A DNA stretch of 64,000 nt from a virus, in IMG/VR virus record IMGVR_UViG_3300050015_000276, positions 1 through 64,000 of that record. One strand, written 5' to 3'. Position numbers and translations under genes: made by a program. This document shows, piece after piece, positions 47,500 to 56,450 of the stretch. Below the pieces are notes generated by a model, which had not been told where the DNA came from, did not search any database, and saw only the letters and a list, made by a program, of their open reading frames with translations. How positions within the stretch are numbered: position 1 is the first letter of the stretch; every line of letters begins with the position of its first letter.

Positions 47500-47850
47500 T
47501 ATGGTACTACGCCAAGATCATGAAATTTTGTTCTGACTTTTCTTGGAATGTAATATATTACATATTGTTGCCATTTAAAGTGGTTACATTCTGGGGATCC
47601 ATAGCTTGTATTGGCTGGTTCCTTTATGCTCTTGGTATATGGATTTGGCCGATCCTTTGGAGTTAATATGCAAAAAGAAATGACACTCTCCGAACATGCA
47701 GAAGCCTGGTGGAGTGACCAAGGTAATATAGTTCCGGAACCATATTCTGAAGAATGGGTGGCTATGTATGTGCAATGGCACACGTATGCCTTTAAGGATT
47801 TCCCAGATTAAGTCTTGACATCCATTAAAGTATTTGATACACTTGGGTAT

Positions 47851-48135
47851 ATGCGAGAAGAAATAACACCTGAAGAAATGGACTACTCTATCGAAAAAAT
47901 TCGGGAAATGAGAAAGCGGTGGGGCTTTGACGGTTTCACGGCGGACACATGTGGAAACTGCAAAGCAACCGTTAATGTGCTGAATGACATGCCTGGATGG
48001 TCTTGCCCATGCGGACATTACAATGTCCAGAGTTGGAGTAGTTGTCGGATTCCGCATGATACACCCATGTATGGTCCAAGCCGAGCGAAAATTTTAATGG
48101 CATATGGTGAGGAAATTCCTGGGTTCCGTTTGTGA
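47851..48135 (+). CDS. Zn-ribbon protein
   Basis: CGNC...CPCGH; behind TTGACATCC(47815) promoter. Confidence 0.6.
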   Translation: MREEITPEEMDYSIEKIREMRKRWGFDGFTADTCGNCKATVNVLNDMPGWSCPCGHYNVQSWSSCRIPHDTPMYGPSRAKILMAYGEEIPGFRL

Positions 48136-48150
48136 TTTGAGGAGAAGACT

Positions 48151-48375
48151 ATGATATCTATTAACATTACCGCCACCGTAGAATGTTCCGATTGTGCAAT
48201 TGAAATGGAAGTGGAATTGACACGGCTGTTTTCCACTTCGAGCAATATGTGGGATGATCGGAATGTTGAGACTCAATTGGTGAAGGCTGGTTGGGAAGAA
48301 AGTGGGGATAGTTGGATTTGTGATTCTTGTGTCCGTTGTGGTGAGGAAGTCTGGGATGAGGATGAGGAAGAGTAA
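48151..48375 (+). CDS. Acidic Zn-ribbon protein
   Basis: CSDC...CDSC, GGAG SD. Confidence 0.6.
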   Translation: MISINITATVECSDCAIEMEVELTRLFSTSSNMWDDRNVETQLVKAGWEESGDSWICDSCVRCGEEVWDEDEEE

Positions 48376-48446
48376 ATGACATTCATGTTCTTTCTTTTGT
48401 GCTTTTATTTTGGATTTAATATGGGCGAGATTTGTGAGAGGAACAA

Positions 48447-48782
48447 ATGAATATGACAGCATCATCCAAGGCACGTATTGAAGCGTGGTTTGACGAATTT
48501 ATCCGATCTGATTATGTGACGGGACTAACATCAGATAAGGACTCGGATTTGATTAATCACAGGGAACGTGCGGAAAGATGTTATAATGCCGCGGAATGTG
48601 GCGCCGATGGAAAGACACCTGCCGATTATATTGAGGATTGGCGTGAAGCATTACGTGCAATAATAAATGGACGTCCAGGCCATTATGTACCTGGACGATT
48701 TTTGGATGCTGTGGAAGACCATATTGATTCGGTGGAATCACAGCATGAATTTCAAGGATCTTTATTTCAGGAGATTGGATAA
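48447..48782 (+). CDS. Hypothetical protein
   Basis: 111-aa ORF, GAGG SD. Confidence 0.65.
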   Translation: MNMTASSKARIEAWFDEFIRSDYVTGLTSDKDSDLINHRERAERCYNAAECGADGKTPADYIEDWREALRAIINGRPGHYVPGRFLDAVEDHIDSVESQHEFQGSLFQEIG

Positions 48783-48855
48783 TATCCAGCCCTTCGGGGC
48801 TTGAGCGTGTTATGATAACACTTTCTTGAGTTCAGGTTCTCCAGACCCTCAATAA

Positions 48856-48950
48856 TCGCGTAGGACCGCTCTAGGTTGCATTTGTTAATACGGGCTGTGG
48901 GGTGATAAGGGGTCTACTGGAGTAATGCAACCTAGAGCGGTCCTACGCGA
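48856..48950. repeat. 27-bp perfect inverted repeat with 41-nt G-rich spacer
   Basis: TCGCGTAGGACCGCTCTAGGTTGCATT (48856-48882) / AATGCAACCTAGAGCGGTCCTACGCGA (48924-48950). Confidence 0.95.
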
Positions 48951-49140
48951 CCTTTGCGCATTTGAATTGTTTATGACGGGGCCTGTGGCCAGCAAATACT
49001 TCGGACATTGCAGATTGTGACAAATTATGGAGTTTACAAAATTGATTTAAGCCAGATATATTTTCTTGATGTCCATCTGGATTGGGTGGATTAACTACGG
49101 TATTTGTAATACGGTAAATATAATAAATATTGGTAGACAT
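48943..49140 (-). pseudogene. Internally deleted GIY-YIG homing endonuclease remnant
   Basis: YYIYRITNTV followed directly by NPDG..ISGLNQFCKLHNLS.SAMS.V..G.R..HK (NUMOD/HTH-like tail); AAGGA SD; TATAAATA (minus, 49200-49207). Confidence 0.6.
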
Positions 49141-49229
49141 TTTGTGTTCCTTTGTAACACGGAATGTGGTATGTGGTTTATTAGTGTAAGCCACATACCT
49201 ATTTATAGGAAAATAAAGAGGAACAAAAT

Positions 49230-50466
49230 ATGCAACCTACCAGTAGGGAAACGTTTATACAATACTGTAAAGCGAATTTAGGAGATGGAATTATACACAT
49301 CGAACTAACAGACGCCCAGGCTAATAATTGTGTGGATGACGCGCTTACGATGTGGAGAGAATACAGTTATGAGGGAACGCAGCGGACGTACCTTAAGCAC
49401 CAAGTGACGGCTCAAGATATGATTAACCACTGGATACCGTGTGACGATTCCATTATGTCAGTGGTAAGAATAATTCAATGCAACGAGGGAAATTTAAATA
49501 TTTTTGATGTCCGGTATCAACTCCGTTACTGTGTAGCGGCTTAAGGAAGTAATTTCTTAAGCAAACTCCGTTAATTGCTGGAAACTCCTTTCATAGAGGA
49601 CAATCAGCAGCCAAGCCAAGGAAACTCTTGGAAGGTTCAACGACTATGGCAATTGCCAGTAGGGTTCAAGTGGACTCGAAATGCGGAGCATCCAACAATC
49701 ATTGGATGGTGATATAGTCTGATCTCCTAGGTAACTAGGAGAGGTTAAATGGCAACGATTTAACCGCAACATAAATGTTACAAGACTTTTATAATTTCTC
49801 TAACGTTTCCATAAATGTTTGTGGCTTTTTCGAGTAATCGGAAAATGAAAACTCTGTTAATTGCTGGAAACTCCTTTCATAAAGGACAATCAGCAGCCAA
49901 GCCAAGAAAGTAATTCTTGGAAGGTTCAACGACTAGGATTTAATCCGTAGGGAATAGTATTCCCGAAATGCAGAGCATCCAGATTTCCTGGATGGTGATA
50001 TAGTCTGATCTCCTAGGTAACTAGGAGAGATTAAACGGTAACGGTTTAATCGTAACATAAATGGCAACATTACGTCATTACCATGGAGAAACTCCGGCTC
50101 ATTGATTGGCTCATGAACCCGGAACCCACAATATCTTTTGAGCGTCTTGCCAATCGCATCTATGTTAATGCGGATTGGGGATACAGAGTAAAGCAAGGAG
50201 ACTTCTTTGTATTCGAAGTATACCAATGGCTTGATGAACTTTCATATCCACGTATTTGGACAGATAGATGGTTAAAATCATATGCCACCTGTTTGATGCG
50301 GAGAAATTGGGGTTCTAATTTAAAGAAATTTAATGGTATCCAAACCCTTGGTGGTGTCCAATTAAACGGACAACAAATCTATGACGAAGCGATGGATGAA
50401 AAGAAAGATTTAGAAGATATCCTTTATCGTGATTATCAGATACCACCTAGATTGTTTATTGGCTAA
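49230..50466 (+). CDS. gp13: Neck protein gp13, spliced from exons 49230-49526, 49778-49812 and 50064-50466 (244 aa)
   Basis: FIQYCKANLG...IELTDAQ...CVDDAL; spliced junctions read FDVRYQLR-LQDFYNFSNVSM-QHYVITMEKL; WLKSYATCLMRRNWGSNLKKF.G..TLGGV.LNGQQIYDEA. Confidence 0.92.
49527..49777 (+). ncRNA. Group I intron (IA2-like), gp13 intron 1, 251 nt, no ORF
   Basis: P AATTGCTGGAAAC, Q AATCAGCAG, R TTCAACGACTA, S GATATAGTC; P1 CCGT/GCGG with U.G; P7.1 and P7.2; terminal G49777. Confidence 0.93.
49813..50063 (+). ncRNA. Group I intron (IA2-like), gp13 intron 2, 251 nt, no ORF
   Basis: Same P/Q/R/S elements; P1 CCAT/GTGG with U.G; P10 ATGTT/AACAT; terminal G50063. Confidence 0.93.
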
Positions 50467-50468
50467 TA

Positions 50469-50500
50469 TCTTCAGGACGGAATTAATTCCGTCCTGAAGA
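50469..50500. repeat. 32-bp perfect palindrome
   Basis: TCTTCAGGACGGAATT AATTCCGTCCTGAAGA. Confidence 0.95.
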
Positions 50501-50559
50501 ACCCGTTATCATAACGGTCGTTAATTGACATCCTCAATGTTCTTTGTTACCCTTGTTAT

Positions 50560-50820
50560 ATGATGAATAAATCACCCGAAACGAGAATTATTGCGGTCTC
50601 TCCAGGGCCACTTGGAAATTGGTCAAAAACTCGTAAGTTGTTTTGGAGTGGCGATCTTTTGCATATTGAGAGACCTGCCACACATCAAGAATTTATTAAT
50701 TCGCATCGGATTGATCCGGAAACCATTTTTTTGGCCCTAAATCAATTTGATTATTATCTTGTCCACTATGTTGGCAGGATAGATATCGTTGAATGGTTAA
50801 AATTGCGTGATGTATCATGA
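50560..50820 (+). CDS. Hypothetical protein
   Basis: First gene of the cassette with promoter 50525. Confidence 0.55.
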   Translation: MMNKSPETRIIAVSPGPLGNWSKTRKLFWSGDLLHIERPATHQEFINSHRIDPETIFLALNQFDYYLVHYVGRIDIVEWLKLRDVS

Positions 50821-51000
50821 CGACCCAAGAACGCATTGCATCTAACAGAGCCATGGAGGCCCGGATAGCTCCTATACTCAAAGCTAAAGCGGCGAAGGAG
50901 AATTTTAATTGTATTAGGACAGAGGTAAAACGAGAAAAGCGTTTATCCCGAATTAATTTTTTGTCTTGACATCCGCAATGTTCTTTGCTATCATCATTAC

Positions 51001-51420
51001 ATGCTAAGCATTGACGCCGAGAAAATTGCCTGGGACCTGATACAACAATACGCTCCAGGCTGGTCATTTGAATTTGACCGAGGCACTCGCCGCTGCGGCT
51101 GTTGCAATTATCGGAAACTCCAGATATCGCTCAGCCTTCAATATGTCCAATTGAATTCCGAGGAATGTGTGCGGAATACCGTTCTGCATGAACTGGCTCA
51201 CGCCCTTGCTGGATTTGCGGCACACCACGGACCTGATTGGCAATGGTGGTGCCGCAAGTTAGGTGCTCGTCCAGAACGCCTGAATACGGAAGCGGTGGTG
51301 ATCTATAATGTATTCGCAGATTGCCAGTGTGGACCGAATACGCACAAGAAAATGCGGATGCCTAAGGGTACACGGATTTGCCTCAGATGCCGCCAAGAAT
51401 TGACTTGGAGAAGGATATAA
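51001..51420 (+). CDS. SprT-like zinc metalloprotease
   Basis: RRCGCC, TVLHELAHALAG, HHGPDW, C-terminal CQC/CLRC. Confidence 0.88.
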   Translation: MLSIDAEKIAWDLIQQYAPGWSFEFDRGTRRCGCCNYRKLQISLSLQYVQLNSEECVRNTVLHELAHALAGFAAHHGPDWQWWCRKLGARPERLNTEAVVIYNVFADCQCGPNTHKKMRMPKGTRICLRCRQELTWRRI

Positions 51421-51422
51421 TC

Positions 51423-51770
51423 ATGATACAAGAACCGGTTGGTTATATTTTTACCACATGGGAACTTTCCACGTATGATGTTCTTGGGAACGCCCGTGAT
51501 GGATATGAAGTGAATGATTTTTATGCTGTGCATGTAGTGGAAATTAATATTCCACAAACTAGATACAATACTGGAACGAAATATGAATTTCTTGGTGCAG
51601 CTCCTACTGACCGGCAAATTAAAAAAGCTTTTGGTCTCCGATGCCAAATTCGTACCGAAGGAGATGACATGCAAATTTTTGTGGAACGTGAACGTGATGG
51701 ATATCCCATAGGACAAATGATTTGCATATCACATGAATCATTGAGTCCTGTCCGAAAGAAAAAGGCATAA
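51423..51770 (+). CDS. Hypothetical protein
   Basis: ATG 51423 with GGAG SD. Confidence 0.6.
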   Translation: MIQEPVGYIFTTWELSTYDVLGNARDGYEVNDFYAVHVVEINIPQTRYNTGTKYEFLGAAPTDRQIKKAFGLRCQIRTEGDDMQIFVERERDGYPIGQMICISHESLSPVRKKKA

Positions 51771-52216
51771 CATGCAGAGAAACCCAAATCGGTTAACTTC
51801 CAATCCTCTTAAGCTTCGTGAGGATATGGAATTTAAGGAAACTCACAAGACTCCAAACGGCCGGATTTTCAATTGTTGTAACAAAGTTGGTGCGCCAAAC
51901 GGTTGCAAACATGGCCGTTATTTTCTTCCGAAAGCCAGGTGGGACAAGTCTCTCAGAGATCACCGGTAATCCTGGGCGGAAACGCCCAAGACATCGTTAT
52001 CATAAGTGATTCCTATTTGACATCCATGATTTACTGTGCTATAGTATAACTATGAAAAGCTTACAACCTTTCAATAGTCAATATGACGCGATCCTGTGGT
52101 GTGTGGATAATGCGTGTGGTGAGTGTGTTGTCTTTCTTTCCGACTGGCGCCGGGCGGTTAGGCTAGCACCCATAGGCGGGAAATGGTATTGGGATTACGC
52201 GACATAGGAAAATCCG

Positions 52217-52432
52217 ATGATTAATAATCCAGAACGACCCCAGGCCACAATGGACATCGGTGAGTTTATGCTTTCCGTTGATGACCGGAAAGTAAAGCCT
52301 TTCCATTGTGAGAATTGTGGTGATACCTACGAGCCATGTGAACACTGGTCACAGGAAGAGAAATACGACCTGGAACATCCTGAATTTGATTTTTATGTGG
52401 ATCTTCAATATCCGGAAGAAGGAGAATGGTAA
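52217..52432 (+). CDS. Small Cys/His protein
   Basis: CENCG..YEPCEH. Confidence 0.55.
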   Translation: MINNPERPQATMDIGEFMLSVDDRKVKPFHCENCGDTYEPCEHWSQEEKYDLEHPEFDFYVDLQYPEEGEW

Positions 52433-52842
52433 GAGCCATGACCTGTCTAATTTGTGGTCAAACAATCACGTTAACAGGCAACACCACCACTAACGGCCGA
52501 GCTATTGGTTCCTGCGGTGATGCTTTCCGGCATTTTTCCGCGCCGCGCGCCGGTGATGGTGCCACGATCAGTAGTGGTTCGGATGCCTATCCAGCAACCA
52601 TAACGGAAATAAGTAAAGGTGGAAAGATAATCACATTACTCCATGATGACTTCAAAGTGGTTAGTGGTAGTGTTCTTGATGGATCGGCCGAATATGAGTT
52701 CCGACCAGGGCCGTCTAATGGCCGGCAAGATGTTGCAACCTGGCGAGAGAAGGAACAAGGTTATCGCCTACAAGGATGTAAACGTGGTTATGGATGGGTA
52801 ACTATCGGCCGGCGAGTCAAGTATTACGATCCACATTTCTAA
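52426..52842 (+). CDS. Hypothetical protein with N-terminal CLIC
   Basis: 138 aa; GDGAT...SDAYPATI...YYDPHF. Confidence 0.65.
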   Translation: MVRAMTCLICGQTITLTGNTTTNGRAIGSCGDAFRHFSAPRAGDGATISSGSDAYPATITEISKGGKIITLLHDDFKVVSGSVLDGSAEYEFRPGPSNGRQDVATWREKEQGYRLQGCKRGYGWVTIGRRVKYYDPHF

Positions 52843-52846
52843 AGAT

Positions 52847-52917
52847 TGGCACAAGTAGTTTATAGTAAAACGTCCACCACTTATTCGTGGAAGATACCCT
52901 GTAAAGGTCTTGTGCCA
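52847..52917 (+). ncRNA. Degenerate tRNA-like cloverleaf
   Basis: 9-bp outer stem, TA then GTTT/AAAC D arm, TCCAC/GTGGA arm with 9-nt loop, weak T arm. Confidence 0.4.
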
Positions 52918-53017
52918 TAGAAAGGGAGAGCCGATCACTCTCCCTTTCCGCGATTCCTACGTATTATGATAACGCTTTCTTGTTGACATCCACTATAGTA
53001 TCTGTTATACTTTAAAT

Positions 53018-53242
53018 ATGAAACTTGATCGGCACGATAACCTGATCGTCCTCATCAACACATACAACGAGTCCAGTTCCCCGTCAGTTCCGCGAACCGA
53101 TGATGAACACTCCATCGAACGCAGCCGCGCGAAGATCGCCCTGGGCTCGATTCGGCGCAACTACACAGAGGGTGTGGATTACAAAGAGCTTTCGAACGGC
53201 GCATTGTGGCCGGTTTCCGCACCTGCGGGAAAGGTGGCGTAA
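53018..53242 (+). CDS. Hypothetical protein
   Basis: First gene behind promoter 52983. Confidence 0.55.
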   Translation: MKLDRHDNLIVLINTYNESSSPSVPRTDDEHSIERSRAKIALGSIRRNYTEGVDYKELSNGALWPVSAPAGKVA

Positions 53243-53243
53243 G

Positions 53244-53513
53244 ATGCTACTATTAACTCCGGAAGTCAAGGAAGCCATCAGGGCGCATAATAACCGTGCT
53301 TCGGAACCATGCTACAACGAGCATTGGAACACGGCGAACCACACCGGCACAATGCGGGCACGGTACCTCGTAACGTGCGCCTTGACTCGGAAACACGGCA
53401 TTTGTTGTGGTTCGATGAAAGTCCGGAAGGCAACGTCGGCGCTTGTCGTAGACTACTTAGTTGGCAATTCCAAGGATCGAGAATGGGCTTTTACTCGGGT
53501 GGAGGTGGCGTAA
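53244..53513 (+). CDS. Hypothetical protein
   Basis: ATG 53244 after AGGTGG SD. Confidence 0.5.
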   Translation: MLLLTPEVKEAIRAHNNRASEPCYNEHWNTANHTGTMRARYLVTCALTRKHGICCGSMKVRKATSALVVDYLVGNSKDREWAFTRVEVA

Positions 53514-53592
53514 GATGCAAAACATACAACAGACGTGCGTGGAATGCAGTCATGTGGCAAACGTGCGGTCGGATTGAGCGTCCTGGGCGTGC

Positions 53593-53778
53593 ATGAACTG
53601 CGGAAAGGTCCATAAGGTCGAGAAATTCCAGTGGGTTCGGATGGCGAGCGGGGATTCGGCATCGAGTTTGGCGATGTATGAGCGGGATATGAAGGCGTCC
53701 GGGTTGCCGGTAAAGGTCGAAAAAGACGTGACTGGCCGCTTTGTAATCTACCAGTACATCGAAAACAGGCTTCTTTGA
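53593..53778 (+). CDS. Hypothetical protein
   Basis: 61-aa ORF. Confidence 0.45.
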   Translation: MNCGKVHKVEKFQWVRMASGDSASSLAMYERDMKASGLPVKVEKDVTGRFVIYQYIENRLL

Positions 53779-53860
53779 ATTGCAGACGGCGCAACCTTTG
53801 CGCCGTAATGCAGCGGGAATGGGCTTTTACTCGGGTGGAAGGAAACTAAAGGATAACCAA

Positions 53861-54253
53861 ATGAAATCTCATATTACAATGGAACAAAAACTCTGTGGTG
53901 TCTGTGGAAAAGGTCACGACACCGGCATACTTTTGTTAGACCGCCAACTCCGGCAACGTTTTGAATCACACACATTGACTTTAGGTTGGAGTATGTGTCC
54001 AGAATGTCAGGAACATTATGATTCGGGGTATGTGGCGTTAGTAGGAGTGGACGAAACCAAATCAGGAAAGACTCCTAATGGAAATATCAAACCGGAAGAG
54101 GCATACCGGACCGGTGAAGTAGTATACCTGAAATTTGAGGCATTTGATCGGGTTATGGCCGTTTCTGGATTTAACCCTCACGGTAAACGGTATCCTATGA
54201 TGTTCTGCGATCCGGAAGTAATTAAGGTCATAGTTGAAAGGAGTCAAAAATAA
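53861..54253 (+). CDS. Zn-ribbon protein
   Basis: LCGVCG...MCPECQ; AAGGA SD. Confidence 0.65.
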   Translation: MKSHITMEQKLCGVCGKGHDTGILLLDRQLRQRFESHTLTLGWSMCPECQEHYDSGYVALVGVDETKSGKTPNGNIKPEEAYRTGEVVYLKFEAFDRVMAVSGFNPHGKRYPMMFCDPEVIKVIVERSQK

Positions 54254-54322
54254 GATTTGACATCCCTACAACCGTGTGCTATTATTAAGCATACTCGAAG
54301 CGTTACAGGAGAAATAAACAAT

Positions 54323-54628
54323 ATGAAAACTTATGATTATTTTGGCAACCTCGATTCTCCCTGGACTAACGGAAAGGCAACCGGTATGTTCCAGAAGGAA
54401 AAGATTGATCCTACTCTTTTCAAGATTAATGCCATCAAGGCACTCCGCGAGTGGGGAGAAACCACTCTTACCGTTAACATCGGACTGAAAGAGGCGAAGG
54501 ATTTTATCGAAGTCCTGATCGAACGCCAACGCAAGGAACGGCTTACGGAAACTGTCCGTAAAGCCTTGGTTGATTCGGGAGTTTCATTTATCGAGTATTC
54601 GGAAGTCAAGGACACGATTTGCTGGTAG
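54323..54628 (+). CDS. Protein with ribosomal bL12 C-terminal-like motif
   Basis: KINAIKALREW...IGLKEAKDFIE. Confidence 0.7.
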   Translation: MKTYDYFGNLDSPWTNGKATGMFQKEKIDPTLFKINAIKALREWGETTLTVNIGLKEAKDFIEVLIERQRKERLTETVRKALVDSGVSFIEYSEVKDTICW

Positions 54629-54742
54629 TCCATCACAAGTTTGGGCCATTGCTGCCATTACACGACCACCGAGTCGGACGGCTGCCTTGGCCCAATTTCC
54701 ATTTAAGGAAAGTATGGAACACAAGAAATAAGGAGAACGAAA

Positions 54743-54952
54743 TTGTCCTACGTTGATCCAAACTACAAATCCAAGAAGGAATTCGTCGCGGCCGTAAAGG
54801 CTGGGACAAAACATCAAACCTACAACCCTTCCGGAATGTTTCCTACCACTCGGAATGGCTCGGATGTAATTGAAGGACCGCACTATCCTCAACCGCATAA
54901 GTGGTATGCTTCGGTCATTGTCCAGGATGGTGTGGTTGTGAAAGCCAAGTAA
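54743..54952 (+). CDS. Hypothetical protein
   Basis: AAGGAG SD, 69 aa. Confidence 0.65.
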   Translation: MSYVDPNYKSKKEFVAAVKAGTKHQTYNPSGMFPTTRNGSDVIEGPHYPQPHKWYASVIVQDGVVVKAK

Positions 54953-54962
54953 GGAGAATTAA

Positions 54963-55169
54963 ATGAAATTTCTAATTGAGATCGTAGGCGATACACAACC
55001 GGAATTACTCCGTAGTCTGGAAGAATGTAGTAAAAGGCTCCGGTCAGGTGGATGTTATCTGTATCGTGGTTCTGTTACGATGGAGCCGTCCAGTTATATA
55101 ACAGAAGATGAATTCCATCAGCAACACGCCGCATCGCATCCGCAACGAACAATGCCATGGATTGATTAA
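54963..55169 (+). CDS. Hypothetical protein
   Basis: AAGGAG SD. Confidence 0.55.
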   Translation: MKFLIEIVGDTQPELLRSLEECSKRLRSGGCYLYRGSVTMEPSSYITEDEFHQQHAASHPQRTMPWID

Positions 55170-55181
55170 AAAGGAAAACAT

Positions 55182-55438
55182 ATGAAAGCATCATATGTTG
55201 AAATTAAGACAGTACACAAACAAAAAACTTGGGAGTTATTTATGGATCTATGATTCCCAATGGTGAGATTTTTACTGGGGTAATTGCCAATTGTGCCAAT
55301 CGACTTTTTGTCAAACTGGAAAATATAATTTATCCTTTGGATAGGGAGGTTTATTCGGTTACAGCTAGGTGGACTGAACCGTGTATTAGGAGTTACAAAC
55401 CGGTTAGAAGCCTTACCGTCACGGTAGAAACAGACTAA
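55182..55438 (+). pseudogene. Frameshifted paralog of 58021-58299
   Basis: ATG 55182 frame stops at 55253; the -1 frame carries IPNGEIFTG...RLFVKLE...YKPVRSLTV; A6 run at 55222-55227. Confidence 0.55.
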
Positions 55439-55535
55439 CAAAAAAGGAAATGTGGATCCACATTTCCTTTATAAACTATTGTTATGATAACAATTTCTAG
55501 TTGACATCCAGGCTCGATAATGTTACATTGGTAAC

Positions 55536-55868
55536 ATGATGAAACACACGCCGAAGCAAGAAAAGAGATTTGCGGCCCTTGCCACCAAGATGGGCATTGA
55601 TGTTGTGGATGCCGAAAGCATTTGCCGATGTGCCTCTGGTATTTGGGATTACATTGGCTTTGATTGCCTCGAAGCCAATGGAGGTAAGGACATGCGTCGA
55701 TCCGAGGTCATTGAGGTTGTTATGGATGCAAGTCACATGACCACGGGTGATAGCAGGAAGCGGCTCACCGCGCCGGCCTTGGCACTTCTTCAGTCATATC
55801 AGCATTCCGATGACATCGCCGCACTCCTCAAGGAATTCGAATTCACCCACGCATTATACGGTATGTAA
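55536..55868 (+). CDS. Hypothetical protein
   Basis: First gene behind promoter 55501. Confidence 0.65.
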   Translation: MMKHTPKQEKRFAALATKMGIDVVDAESICRCASGIWDYIGFDCLEANGGKDMRRSEVIEVVMDASHMTTGDSRKRLTAPALALLQSYQHSDDIAALLKEFEFTHALYGM

Positions 55869-55880
55869 AAGGAAAACATC

Positions 55881-56240
55881 ATGGAAAATAATTTTGACGC
55901 GAAAGAACTCAAGGACCTAGGTATTTTGCCAGTCGGAGAAACTGTCCACTTCAATATGCCATGTGGCACGTTCTTGTCTGTCTGCCGAGTCGACCGTGGA
56001 TTCTTGGTTGCTGTGACCGATAAGGAAAACCTGGTACTCCCGGGAGTTTATAAGCCTCTATACGGAACTGGGTTTAAACAAAACGCCAAGCAGGTCAATT
56101 TGAATTTGATTGACATGTGGATCGAAACGTGGTCCGATGTGACCAACAATTTTGTGTTTTATGTGGAATGTAAGGCTATTCCGATGCTCCGGATGCTGTT
56201 GGCCCACATGTCCAAGAATCCGGATAGGGATCGTTTTTAA
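55881..56240 (+). CDS. Hypothetical protein
   Basis: AAGGA SD. Confidence 0.6.
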   Translation: MENNFDAKELKDLGILPVGETVHFNMPCGTFLSVCRVDRGFLVAVTDKENLVLPGVYKPLYGTGFKQNAKQVNLNLIDMWIETWSDVTNNFVFYVECKAIPMLRMLLAHMSKNPDRDRF

Positions 56241-56450
56241 GAGAAACCACATGGTGGAAACGAGTCAGAGGTTCCCCAATGGGTGCGCTTCAAGACGTTG
56301 GTGTGATGGAACTAGATCGTCGGAGAGATCGTAGTATAGTATAACCATTATAAACCAACATACAATACCGGAGAGGTCTGCCTCTCCGGTATTTCCGGCC
56401 GCAAGAATACGTTATCATAACACAATCCACATTGACATCCATTATTCACT

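Noticed and set aside
49230-49544. Track ORFs 49230-49544 and 50083-50466 as two separate genes; 49933-50226 (-) as an intron ORF
   Set aside because: The first two are exons of one gene; the third is antisense to intron 2 and exon 3 with no nuclease motif
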